This document shows, in pieces, positions 41,846 through 50,855 of a DNA stretch of 64,000 nucleotides (position 1 is its first letter; each line of letters begins with the position of its first letter). The notes beneath the pieces were generated by a model. The model was not told the DNA's origin. It searched no databases and saw only the letters and a program-made list of their open reading frames with translations. Both the position numbers and the translations under genes were made by a program. Location of the stretch: assembly GCA_938003915.1 (NCBI GenBank), contig CALKWV010000061.1:5683-69682 (forward strand), given 5' to 3'. This DNA is from an uncultured Bacillota bacterium. Lineage in GTDB: Bacteria > Bacillota > Clostridia > Caldicoprobacterales > UBA3941.

Positions 41846-43195
41846 ATGAAAAAATGGTTCCCTATTCTTTTAGTTATTATTCTGTTCCTTATTCCGATTG
41901 TTTCTTTTGCGGCACCGGTCCCTTTAGAAGCTCAAGGCAGAAGAGTTTACGTTGCTGATCAAAATCAAGTTGAACTAGTCAGTTATAATATTTTCTTGCG
42001 AATTAGAACAGGTTTTACTTCTGTCAACACTTCTATGGTTATTAAAAATTTAGATCTAGAGCAGCCTGTTACTTTTACCATGGGCATGCCAGTACAATTA
42101 GATAATATAAGTAAAATCAGGGATTTATCAGTAATTAGCGAAGGTAAATCTCTGAAAGTTGTGCAAAGATCAACTGTAAAAAACCCGCCTACAGATAAAG
42201 AAGTTAATGTAAATAGTTGGTATGTTTGGGATATAGCTTTAGAAGCTGGGGAATCCAAAGTAATTGAAACTTCTTTTTCTTTTGATAATAAGCTGGAGTT
42301 AGACGGAACTGAGACCATTACATTTCCTTTAACTCTTTTAGGGAATTGGCCAAATCAAATTAAAAATATACAAATAATTGCCGATACAGATTTTTATGGT
42401 CCTTATGCTTTCGATCCTGCTCCCAGCATTAAGCCTGTTGGTTATCATGATGGTGGTAGATTAATTTTTACACTGGACAGTCAAAATTCCCAATTATCTG
42501 AGTTTCAATTATCCTTCAAGCCTATTGACCTGGTAATTACTAAATATATGGAATCTGCTTTTGAATCTGATAATGATATAAAGAATATAGTTCAAAGTTA
42601 TAGAAATGGAAGCTATCATCAAACTCTGTCCTTGATACATGAATATCTATCTTCTGCCGACAGCAATGATATTATAGTTGAATTGAAATATTTGGAAGCA
42701 CTATGTTATCAAAATTTATACGATATGGAAAAGGCATTAAATCTTTTTAATCAGCTGGAGCCAAATCCCGGATTTGGTGAGTCTTTATCTTCTACTATTA
42801 GAAATAAAATAATCTATGATAAAGCAGCTATATTAAAAAATCAGCCCGATGGTGATGAAAAAGCCTTAGATTATTTAAATTCTATAAAGGATTCTGTTGC
42901 TGATAATAGCGTCTTTTATATGTGGCTAGAAAATGAGATTACCTTACTAACCCCTCCAGTTGAGGTTGAAGAGCCTATTGAGGAAGATGAGGCTGTAATT
43001 GAAGAGGAAAATCCTCAAGAGAAAATTGATGACCAATCAGAAACCATAGGAAAAATAACCATAGGTGAGCATGAGTTTTATATAGAGGAACTGATTATAG
43101 CAGCTCTAGCAATTATAATTGTCCTGCTTATTATTATATCTGTGATAAGAAGACGCCGAAGAAGAAGGCGCAGCTCTATTTTCAGATATTATTAA
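41846..43195 (+). CDS. Hypothetical exported, C-terminally anchored protein (signal peptide, beta-rich domain, helical-repeat region, acidic linker, TM, R8 tail)
   Basis: Signal-like N-terminus MKKWFPILLVIILFLIPIVSFAAP. Acidic stretch PPVEVEEPIEEDEAVIEEENPQEK. TM segment LIIAALAIIIVLLIIISVI followed by RRRRRRRR (eight Arg codons read directly). No family recognised. Confidence 0.5.
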   Translation: MKKWFPILLVIILFLIPIVSFAAPVPLEAQGRRVYVADQNQVELVSYNIFLRIRTGFTSVNTSMVIKNLDLEQPVTFTMGMPVQLDNISKIRDLSVISEGKSLKVVQRSTVKNPPTDKEVNVNSWYVWDIALEAGESKVIETSFSFDNKLELDGTETITFPLTLLGNWPNQIKNIQIIADTDFYGPYAFDPAPSIKPVGYHDGGRLIFTLDSQNSQLSEFQLSFKPIDLVITKYMESAFESDNDIKNIVQSYRNGSYHQTLSLIHEYLSSADSNDIIVELKYLEALCYQNLYDMEKALNLFNQLEPNPGFGESLSSTIRNKIIYDKAAILKNQPDGDEKALDYLNSIKDSVADNSVFYMWLENEITLLTPPVEVEEPIEEDEAVIEEENPQEKIDDQSETIGKITIGEHEFYIEELIIAALAIIIVLLIIISVIRRRRRRRRSSIFRYY

Positions 43196-43218
43196 TTTCT
43201 AAAGCGAGGAATCCACTT

Positions 43219-44109
43219 ATGAATTTATATTTTATTATAAATCCAATGGCAGGCCGAGGTCCCACCTCTGCATTAAATTCCGTTTCTCTTATTGAAGAAT
43301 TCTGTAATAAGAGAAATATCCAATATAAAATAGTGCAAACCCGATACAAGGGACATGCCACTGAGCTTGCTCGGCAAGCTGTCAACTCTGACGTTAAGTA
43401 CGATGCGGTTATATCTGTAGGTGGAGATGGCACCCTTTTAGAAGTAGCCAATGGATTAATGGGATCCGACATTCTCCTTGGCATACTGCCTGCCGGTACT
43501 GGGAATGACTTTGCTAGAGCCATTGGTATCCCTCCAACTATAAAAGATGCTCTATCTCATTTAATAAAAAAGAAAAGCCGCTTAATTGACGTAGGTAAGT
43601 TGGAAAATGTTTTTTTCATAAACGTAGCCAGTGTTGGGTTTGACGCTGAAATCATAAAAGATATACTTAAATTCAGGAGATTTTTTCCCGGAAGAATTTC
43701 CTATTACATTGCTGCACTTATTAAGTTTTTTACTTTTAAGTTTAAGGATATAACCATTAATATGGACGGTGAAACTATCAAAACCAAGATTTTATTAGTA
43801 GCCGTAGCAAATGGTACTCATTATGGCGGGGGAATGATGGTAAATCCTAATGGAGATTTGGAAGATGGTTATCTTGATGTTATAGTTGTTAACTCCCTAC
43901 CTCGCTACAAAATCCCTTTACTTTTCCATAGGTTTGTAAAGGGTACATATCAGGATCTACCCTATGTGAAAACTTATAAGTGCAGGGAAATCTCTATAGA
44001 TAGCAAAGACAGCTTAGTTATAAATGCTGACGGAGACCTTTATGGCAGCACTCCTGCTAAATTTACTATAAAGCCTTTATCCTTAAATGTTATTGGAAAT
44101 TTTGTCTAA
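43219..44109 (+). CDS. Diacylglycerol/lipid kinase family protein (YegS/DagK-like)
   Basis: 296 aa. IINPMAGRG start, VGGDGTLLEVANGL and PAGTGNDFAR motifs. Confidence 0.8.
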   Translation: MNLYFIINPMAGRGPTSALNSVSLIEEFCNKRNIQYKIVQTRYKGHATELARQAVNSDVKYDAVISVGGDGTLLEVANGLMGSDILLGILPAGTGNDFARAIGIPPTIKDALSHLIKKKSRLIDVGKLENVFFINVASVGFDAEIIKDILKFRRFFPGRISYYIAALIKFFTFKFKDITINMDGETIKTKILLVAVANGTHYGGGMMVNPNGDLEDGYLDVIVVNSLPRYKIPLLFHRFVKGTYQDLPYVKTYKCREISIDSKDSLVINADGDLYGSTPAKFTIKPLSLNVIGNFV

Positions 44110-44138
44110 CTACAGTAATATAACGGAGGGCATTTATT

Positions 44139-44645
44139 ATGGAAGCATTATATGAAACATTGGATTCATTTATTATAGAAATACTTCTAATAGCACTATT
44201 GTTGACTTTATTAGCCATAATTATAGTAATAATTAATTTTCATAGGACTACTAAAATAATAAAAAAATACAAAAAAATGATGAGAGGAATGGATAATAAA
44301 AATCTTGAATATATGCTACTAAATCACTTAGAAACCGTTGAGAAGGTAGATAATAAGATAAATGAATTAGACCATAATATAATACAAATGCGTAAACAAT
44401 TAGAAACTTGTATTCAAAATGTAGGTATTGTACGTTATAATCCCTTTGAACAGATGGGTAGCGATCAAAGTTTTTCAGTGGCTTTGCTTAATAAACACGG
44501 TGACGGTGTGGTATTAACAGGTCTTTATTCTAGGGAATCTTCAGCTATTTTTGCTAAGCCTATTATTGACAAGAAGTCTAAATATCCACTATCTGAGGAA
44601 GAAAAAAAAGCTATAGAACTATCTACTAAAAACTCTAGTGTATAA
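44139..44645 (+). CDS. Membrane-anchored coiled-coil protein, DUF4446-like
   Basis: 168 aa. N-terminal TM segment (IIEILLIALLLTLLAIIIVIINF), then VRYNPFEQMGSDQSFSVALLNKHGDGVVLTGLYSRE, which resembles DUF4446 from memory. Confidence 0.5.
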   Translation: MEALYETLDSFIIEILLIALLLTLLAIIIVIINFHRTTKIIKKYKKMMRGMDNKNLEYMLLNHLETVEKVDNKINELDHNIIQMRKQLETCIQNVGIVRYNPFEQMGSDQSFSVALLNKHGDGVVLTGLYSRESSAIFAKPIIDKKSKYPLSEEEKKAIELSTKNSSV

Positions 44646-44686
44646 GCAGAACACCTTCCCGGAATAATATAAGGGGAGGTGTTTTT

Positions 44687-44983
44687 ATGACAACTGTAGC
44701 ATTGTCAAATTCCTTAATTCATCTAAAAGATGAGCTTGAAAAACTTGGATATGCAGTTTATCTAGAGAGTGAAATTAATTTTCCTGTTGATGTTTTTATT
44801 TATTCTCAGGATGATGGACAGCCCTCTCTCTATTCCACTGCTCAAAGATTAGATAATCTTACTATGACTAATTCTAATTTTGATGATGAATATCGTGGAA
44901 CCTTGCTTATAGATGGCAGCGGAAAATCTATTGATGACATTAGGTATATTATCGAAAATAAAGTATATAGCCCTATTTTTTAA
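44687..44983 (+). CDS. YkuS-like small protein (UPF0180-type)
   Basis: 98 aa. The N-terminal pattern V.LSNSL..LKDELEKLGY.V and the later LLIDGSGKSIDDI are reminiscent of YkuS. Confidence 0.45.
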   Translation: MTTVALSNSLIHLKDELEKLGYAVYLESEINFPVDVFIYSQDDGQPSLYSTAQRLDNLTMTNSNFDDEYRGTLLIDGSGKSIDDIRYIIENKVYSPIF

Positions 44984-45560
44984 TAACTGCTGGCTCTAAT
45001 TTTCTACTAACCAATTTTGAAAGGTTGTAATAGATGCCAGCGCTTATTATATCCGCCATCTTCATCACCAAACTAAGTCTTGTATTTTGTAAAATCATAT
45101 ATTCCATAAATCCGCTTATGTTTACTATTCCCATAACATGCATGTGCCCTATTTCTGGAAGTTTTTTATTCACACCAGCACCTGGCTTTATGGGCCCTTC
45201 CCCTATGGAAATACAGCCTATACTTTCCGGCCTGCCTAAACATGCATCAATACTTATTATAAATGGATTTTCATATCTTTCTTCTATTTTTTTTATTGTG
45301 GATTTTAAATTTTTAGCATGAATAGGTTCATTCAATGTTCCATAAACACGAATATACTCCCCCTGGATATATCTTAGCTTATGCCCTACCAGTGGTCCTA
45401 AACAGTCTCCTGTAGACCTATCAGTTCCAATACAAAGTATTACTATATGGGAGCAATCTCTATTAATAGTACGAGATAAAATTTCTTCAAATCCCTTAAT
45501 AAACCAAGATATAGCATAAGGCTTATTTATATCAACATAAATTGTTGTTCTGGACAACAT
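44973..45560 (-). CDS. yyaC: Sporulation protein YyaC (DUF1256, GPR-like protease fold)
   Basis: 195 aa. VILCIGTDRSTGDCLGPLVGHKL and IISIDACLG motifs. Classical position near parB/spo0J. Confidence 0.75.
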   Translation of the reverse strand: MLSRTTIYVDINKPYAISWFIKGFEEILSRTINRDCSHIVILCIGTDRSTGDCLGPLVGHKLRYIQGEYIRVYGTLNEPIHAKNLKSTIKKIEERYENPFIISIDACLGRPESIGCISIGEGPIKPGAGVNKKLPEIGHMHVMGIVNISGFMEYMILQNTRLSLVMKMADIISAGIYYNLSKLVSRKLEPAVIKK

Positions 45561-45845
45561 AATAACTCCTCTTAGTTTTTTGATCTTTCTTATTTTTTCC
45601 CAATCGATTACAGGAATTCATAAAGAAGTAAAATTAAATATGATTTTTTATATATCTTATGACAAAGAGGCACAGATTATTACTTTTCGTCTTTCCATAT
45701 TCCCTACTAGTTTAATAATTTTTTACTTTCAATTATAAGCATTTATGGATGAATTTTCTTTATTAATAGGTTAATATACAAAAAGAAGGATTTTATCCTT
45801 TTTTAGCGAAAACTTAAATGTAAGCTTTACTCGTGAGGTGGCATC

Positions 45846-46961
45846 ATGAAACTAAAAAAATTTTTAGTTACTTTAGTATTTTTTTTAGCAGTAATTGCTT
45901 TGGTATTTATGATTCATAAACATGGCATTTTAAATAGATTGCATTTAAATGCCATTGATCATCCTTCTATAGTGCTAAATGAAGATGATAAATTGTTTTT
46001 TTATCAAGGAGGTTTTGCAATCTCTGGGCAATATATTAATTTCTATAATAATCAAGGGATTCCAGTTGAAATGCCTTTTAGTTTTGAAGATGAATATAAT
46101 GAGAACTTCACCATAACTGATATGACTTCTAATTTTATGCTTATAAATAATAATGCTATTTATAAGATTAATGGCACAAATCTATACCATATATATTCTC
46201 TTGATTTCCCTGCTATAAAAATAATGGAATACGGGAAATATTTGCTTATCATCGCTGATCTTCCTGATAAAGGTCTGGAAGTTAAAGTTTTAAATACAGA
46301 AAGTAGTAATTTGATAGAGTTGGGCTTTGATGAAGATTTTTATTTTATGGATTTTGATTTTTCTCCCCATGATTTTAGTATATCAATCCTTACTTTAGAC
46401 CTAAATGGTAGCTTTCCATCTTCTAAAGTATTTCATTATGATGAAAATTTATCATTATTTGGCATCAATACAGCCATTAATAAATTCTATTACAAGATTT
46501 TTCGATTGCCTGCTTTTTCTATTTTGATTGGCAACAGAGAATTAGTGTGCTACAATGTAGAAGGTGAAGAAGTATGGAGCTTAGAAAATAATCTTATGGA
46601 TAATTTTCAGCTAGTTAGAAATGACTCTGAAATTTTAATATACCTAGATGGGAATCTAGGAAAATTTCAAGGTCAAAATTATAATGGAGTGTATATTGAT
46701 GAGGAGGGTGAAAGGCAAGATATCAAATATCCTTCTAATCTAACTAATATTTCTTTGTATAAGGATGGAAAATTTTTTGGTTTACAACACGGAAAAAAAC
46801 TATTAATCTTTGATAAAAAAGGCGAGGTAGAGCTTGAGTTTTACATAGATGAAGATGTGAAAAATATTTTCTGGAATCATCATCATCCTGATAATTTTTT
46901 CATTATAAATTTAGATGATGAATTGCGGATTTATTCAATTGAGCAGGAGGATTTATTATGA
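45846..46961 (+). CDS. Hypothetical N-terminally anchored, beta-rich (propeller-like) protein
   Basis: 371 aa. TM segment FLVTLVFFLAVIALVFMI followed by repetitive Y/F/N/D-rich beta-strand-like segments. Its stop overlaps the cvpA start (ATGA). Confidence 0.5.
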   Translation: MKLKKFLVTLVFFLAVIALVFMIHKHGILNRLHLNAIDHPSIVLNEDDKLFFYQGGFAISGQYINFYNNQGIPVEMPFSFEDEYNENFTITDMTSNFMLINNNAIYKINGTNLYHIYSLDFPAIKIMEYGKYLLIIADLPDKGLEVKVLNTESSNLIELGFDEDFYFMDFDFSPHDFSISILTLDLNGSFPSSKVFHYDENLSLFGINTAINKFYYKIFRLPAFSILIGNRELVCYNVEGEEVWSLENNLMDNFQLVRNDSEILIYLDGNLGKFQGQNYNGVYIDEEGERQDIKYPSNLTNISLYKDGKFFGLQHGKKLLIFDKKGEVELEFYIDEDVKNIFWNHHHPDNFFIINLDDELRIYSIEQEDLL

Positions 46962-47659
46962 ATATTATAGATTTAGCTATTGTTTTAGTATTGGCAGTTA
47001 ATGTCTTATTGGGAGTCTATTATGGCTTTAGTGTCTCCTTATTTAAAATTATTTCTTTTGTTTTATCATGGTTTATTTCTTTGATTTTTCATTCTTCGTT
47101 GACTAGATATATAGTAATCCGTTTTCCAGATTTATTAAACAAAATAGTCTATTATTCCGAAGGATCTTCAAAAACTACCTTTGACCACAAGATTTTGCCT
47201 GTTTCTTCTCTAACTAGCGAACAAATAGTAAATATTGTAAAGGAATCAGGGTTACCTAATCCCTTTAGTACTAGAATTCAGGAAAATTTAATAAATCAAA
47301 ATTTAGATAGTTTGTATAATATAGGACAGTATTTTGATTACACTGTTGCCAATATTATTATAAACTTAATAAGTTTTATGCTATTATTTTTATTTATCCA
47401 ACTTATTTTTACCATAATTATTTCTTTAGTGCAAAATTTAACTCATCTGCCTGTATTAATCAAATATGACGGTGTCGCTGCAGCTGTTCTGGGTATTTTT
47501 AGAGGTGTCCTGTTTCTCCATATTATCTTTGCTTTTGTCCCCTTATTATATTTATTAGTACCTGCTGATATACTTTCCATTTTTATAGATGGGTCTAAGT
47601 TTATTAAGTTTTTTATAGAAAATAATCTTTTTTCCTCTTTTGTCAAAGGTACCTTCTAG
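46958..47659 (+). CDS. cvpA: CvpA-family membrane protein
   Basis: 233 aa. MNIIDLAIVLVLAVNVLLGVYYGF N-terminus and about 4 TM segments, typical of CvpA. Confidence 0.6.
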   Translation: MNIIDLAIVLVLAVNVLLGVYYGFSVSLFKIISFVLSWFISLIFHSSLTRYIVIRFPDLLNKIVYYSEGSSKTTFDHKILPVSSLTSEQIVNIVKESGLPNPFSTRIQENLINQNLDSLYNIGQYFDYTVANIIINLISFMLLFLFIQLIFTIIISLVQNLTHLPVLIKYDGVAAAVLGIFRGVLFLHIIFAFVPLLYLLVPADILSIFIDGSKFIKFFIENNLFSSFVKGTF

Positions 47660-47686
47660 CTGATGTTTCATACATCAGCTTTTTTG
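47658..47686 (+). terminator. Intrinsic terminator downstream of cvpA
   Basis: agctgatg-tttcata-catcagct followed by TTTTT. Confidence 0.7.
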
Positions 47687-47768
47687 TTATAAGCTATTTA
47701 TTTTATTTTTTTGTAATCAATATCGCACATTATACTAACGGCCACATTTAAATAACTATTTATTAAAA

Positions 47769-47784
47769 TGTTTCACGTGAAACA
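47769..47784. other. parS: parS centromere-like site (perfect 16-bp palindrome TGTTTCACGTGAAACA)
   Basis: Matches the Firmicutes parS consensus TGTTNCACGTGAAACA at every defined position. The palindrome extends to 22 bp (aaatgtttcacgtgaaacattt). Confidence 0.85.
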
Positions 47785-47807
47785 TTTGTATAGCAAAAAA
47801 ATTAGGA

Positions 47808-47823
47808 TGTTTCACGTGAAACA
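47808..47823. other. parS: parS centromere-like site, second copy 39 bp from the first; embedded in a 28-bp palindrome that also forms the parB terminator stem
   Basis: TGTTTCACGTGAAACA lies within ttaggatgtttcacgtgaaacatcctaa. On the minus strand this is followed by TTTTTTT, directly after the parB stop (47832). Confidence 0.85.
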
Positions 47824-47831
47824 TCCTAATA

Positions 47832-48710
47832 CTATACAGAAATCATTTTAATTATTCTTTCCAGGTCATCATTGCTGTAATATTCAATTTCAATAACTCC
47901 TTTTTTCTTTCCTTGTTGAATGGTTACCCGTGTGCCAAAATATTCTTCCATTCTATTTTCAAGTTCAAGAATAAAAGAAGGTTTTTCCGAAGTCTTTGAT
48001 TTTTTCTTGGTTGCCTTCTTTTCTTTTATTCTTTTTATTAAACTTTCGGTTTCCCTAACATTTAAATCTTTTTCTACTATTAATTCTGCCATTTCTATTA
48101 TTTGAGAGTGACTCTTTAATGCCAATAAGGCTCTAGCATGACCAGTTGAAATCTTACCTTCTTCTAATAAATTTTTTACCTCTTTTGGTAGTTTTAAAAG
48201 TCTTAAGGAGTTGGCAATTGAAGGACGGCTTTTTCCAAGCCTCTCAGCCACTTGTTCCTGAGTAAGGCCATGGTTCTCTATTAAAGAATTAATCCCCTCT
48301 GCCTCTTCAATAGGATTTAAATCCTCCCTTTGAAGGTTTTCTATGAGAGCAATCTCTAGCATCTCTTTTTCATTAAAATCTCTAATAATAACTGGTATTT
48401 TATCCAATCCTGCAGCTCTGGCTGCGCGCCATCTTCTTTCACCGGCAACAATAGTATATCTATTATTTGCAGAAGCCTTTACTATTATAGGCTGTACTAA
48501 ACCATGTTCTTGAATAGACTTGCTAAGTTCCTGAATAGATTCTTGATCAAAATTTCTTCTTGGTTGATCAGGATTAGGATCAATGTCATAAATACTTACT
48601 TCTAATATACCTTCTTCTGAAGTATCTTTGACATCTAAATCATCACTCTCAAGAGTATCATAACTTTGAAATAAGGCATCCAAACCTTTACCTAAACCTC
48701 TTTTCTTCAC
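47832..48710 (-). CDS. parB: Chromosome partitioning protein ParB/Spo0J
   Basis: 292 aa. ParB box GERRWRAA, HTH LTQEQVAERLGKSRPSIANSLRLLKL, and ISTGHARALL. Confidence 0.9.
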   Translation of the reverse strand: MKKRGLGKGLDALFQSYDTLESDDLDVKDTSEEGILEVSIYDIDPNPDQPRRNFDQESIQELSKSIQEHGLVQPIIVKASANNRYTIVAGERRWRAARAAGLDKIPVIIRDFNEKEMLEIALIENLQREDLNPIEEAEGINSLIENHGLTQEQVAERLGKSRPSIANSLRLLKLPKEVKNLLEEGKISTGHARALLALKSHSQIIEMAELIVEKDLNVRETESLIKRIKEKKATKKKSKTSEKPSFILELENRMEEYFGTRVTIQQGKKKGVIEIEYYSNDDLERIIKMISV

Positions 48711-49488
48711 TAATACCTTCCTCCCTTTCTCTTTCTAAAAACTCCTCTGCCAATTCTGCATATGCAACAGCTCCAACACATTTTGGATCATATAAGTGAA
48801 TTGGAAGGCCATGACTAGGGGCTTCGCCTAATCTAACATTTCTAGGAATAATTGTGGTAAAAAGCTTAGATTTAAAATGTTTTTTTACTTCTTCTACTAC
48901 TTGTATAGAAAGATTGGTTCTGGCATTAAACATGGTCAATATAACTCCCTCTAATTCCAATTTGGGATTTGAAGTTTTTTTCACTCTTTGAATTGTACCT
49001 AAAAGCTGAGTTAGTCCTTCAAGGGCAAAATACTCGCATTGAATAGGAACCAATACACCATCAGCAGCAGTAAAAGCATTGATAGTGATAAGTCCAAGAG
49101 AGGGAGGACAATCTATAAATATATAATCATATTCATCCCTTATGCTTTCAATGGCATCTCTTAATCTAAATTCTCTAAAATCCATCAAAACCAGTTCTAC
49201 CTCTGCACCTGCCAGCTGAAGATTTGAAGTGACAATATCTAAATTCTCTACTTGAGTCTTTATAATGGCTTTTCTTATATCGGCACCATTTATTAAAACA
49301 TCGTAAATAGATATTAGATTCTGATTTTCCTTATCTATTCCTAAGCCGCTTGTTGTATTTCCTTGTGGATCAATATCAATAGTTAAAATCTTTTTTCCCA
49401 GATTAGCTAATCCGCAAGCTAGATTTATATTAGTAGTAGTCTTCCCAACACCACCCTTTTGATTAGCAATGGCTAAAACTTTAGACAT
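48688..49488 (-). CDS. parA: Chromosome partitioning ATPase ParA/Soj
   Basis: 266 aa. Deviant Walker A NQKGGVGKTTT. 23-nt overlap with parB. Confidence 0.9.
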   Translation of the reverse strand: MSKVLAIANQKGGVGKTTTNINLACGLANLGKKILTIDIDPQGNTTSGLGIDKENQNLISIYDVLINGADIRKAIIKTQVENLDIVTSNLQLAGAEVELVLMDFREFRLRDAIESIRDEYDYIFIDCPPSLGLITINAFTAADGVLVPIQCEYFALEGLTQLLGTIQRVKKTSNPKLELEGVILTMFNARTNLSIQVVEEVKKHFKSKLFTTIIPRNVRLGEAPSHGLPIHLYDPKCVGAVAYAELAEEFLEREREEGISEEKRFR

Positions 49489-49581
49489 GACAACAACCCC
49501 TTCTATTTCTCTTATTTACATTATAGTTTATATTAACTTTTCTTTAAAGGGCTTTTGAAGAAAAGATTGAAAATATGGCAC

Positions 49582-49607
49582 AAAAAAGCCGTGGTTTTTA
49601 CCACAGC
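49582..49607 (-). terminator. Intrinsic terminator about 227 nt downstream of noc
   Basis: Minus-strand RNA reads gcugugg-uaaaaa-ccacggc followed by UUUUUU. Confidence 0.6.
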
Positions 49608-49833
49608 ATATTCATTCACACTCCTATTAAAATTAAATTGTTAAAATTCTTCTATATCTTATTTTTATATTTGTTAATATTTATTGATAAAATTAATAAG
49701 TAACTGCTATCGATGATTTGCGTAAGCATAGACTTGATGGAAACTTGGCTGTTATATCTTCCATTATCCCCTATTTTATTAAATATAATTTAGCAATGAT
49801 AATTAATTACTAATAGGTATAAGGCGCACAAAC

Positions 49834-50676
49834 TTAAACTTTTGGGATAGAGACTGTAATTTCAATTGCATCACCAGTATCAACTTCCTTAAACATAGGA
49901 TTTATTCCATAATTTTTCATCATGGATACTGCATCCCTTATGGTATTTATAAAAATTCTCAGATCTCTATAGCCTCCTACCATCTTCTTTCTTCCTTTTC
50001 CTTTGTTTTTATTATTCATTTGAATTCTCTGTATAGTTCTTTCTACCAGCATTTCTGAGTCTTTTACATTGTAATTTTTTTCGATTATTTTTTTTAAAGC
50101 TTTTAGCCGCAACTCTTCTTCGGGTAATCTTAAAAGGCATCTGGCATGTCTTTCAGTTAGATTATGCTTAATTAATGCGTTCTTTATTTCATCGGACAAT
50201 CTTAACAGCCGAATTTTATTAGCAATAGTAGATTGGCTTTTTCCTATCATCTTTGCTAATTCTTCTTGGGTTAAACCGTGATCTTTAATCAAGGCTATGT
50301 ATCCTTTAGCTTCCTCCAGGTAGTGGAGATCTTCCCTTTGAAGATTTTCAATCATAGCCATAATGGCTGAATCTCTTTCATCTCCCGATATAATAATGGC
50401 AGGTATAGTTTCAAGACCGGCGATCTTGGCCGCCCTTAACCTTCTTTCACCAGCAACCAGCTCGTATCCATTTGCTCCTGTTTTTCTCACTGTAATAGGT
50501 TGAATCACACCTACTTCTCTAATTGACTGTGCCAATTCCTCCAGACTCTGTTTGGAAAAGCTCTTTCTTGGCTGATATGGATTTGGTTTTATCATAGAAA
50601 GGGGAATCATCTCCAATACCTGTTTTTCTTCCCGTTTTTGCTTTATAGTATTTTGAATGCTCCTTATTGTAATCAT
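49834..50676 (-). CDS. noc: ParB-family nucleoid occlusion protein (Noc-like)
   Basis: 280 aa. GERRLRAAK, HTH LTQEELAKMIGKSQSTIANKIRLLRL, and LTERHARCLL. Classical position between rsmG and parA. GGAGGTG lies 5 nt upstream. Confidence 0.8.
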   Translation of the reverse strand: MITIRSIQNTIKQKREEKQVLEMIPLSMIKPNPYQPRKSFSKQSLEELAQSIREVGVIQPITVRKTGANGYELVAGERRLRAAKIAGLETIPAIIISGDERDSAIMAMIENLQREDLHYLEEAKGYIALIKDHGLTQEELAKMIGKSQSTIANKIRLLRLSDEIKNALIKHNLTERHARCLLRLPEEELRLKALKKIIEKNYNVKDSEMLVERTIQRIQMNNKNKGKGRKKMVGGYRDLRIFINTIRDAVSMMKNYGINPMFKEVDTGDAIEITVSIPKV

Positions 50677-50824
50677 TTTCCCACCTCCAGACCCTAGATA
50701 TATATTTCTCCATATTTTTTTAAATTCCTTCTTTTTTAATTAATTTTCTTTAATATTAACATATATTTAAATATTGCTCTTATTTGCTCCGTTTTACGAC
50801 TTATTTGTTAAAATAGTAATAAAC

Positions 50825-50855
50825 AATAACAAAAGTCGCCATTATAATGGCGACT
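50825..50855 (-). terminator. Intrinsic terminator overlapping the rsmG stop codon
   Basis: agucgccau-uaua-auggcgacu (9-bp stem) followed by a U-rich tract. It also reads as a terminator on the plus strand. Confidence 0.6.

Noticed and set aside
49692-49763. 23-codon minus-strand sORF (MEDITAKFPSSLCLRKSSIAVTY) in the noc-parA spacer
   Set aside because: The SD-like AGGGG is only about 3 nt from the ATG. The peptide has no recognisable features, and coding cannot be supported from sequence alone.
50519-50713. 64-aa minus-strand ORF overlapping the 5' end of noc in another frame
   Set aside because: It overlaps the well-supported noc start (GGAGGTG RBS, ParB-family N-terminus) and has no RBS of its own.
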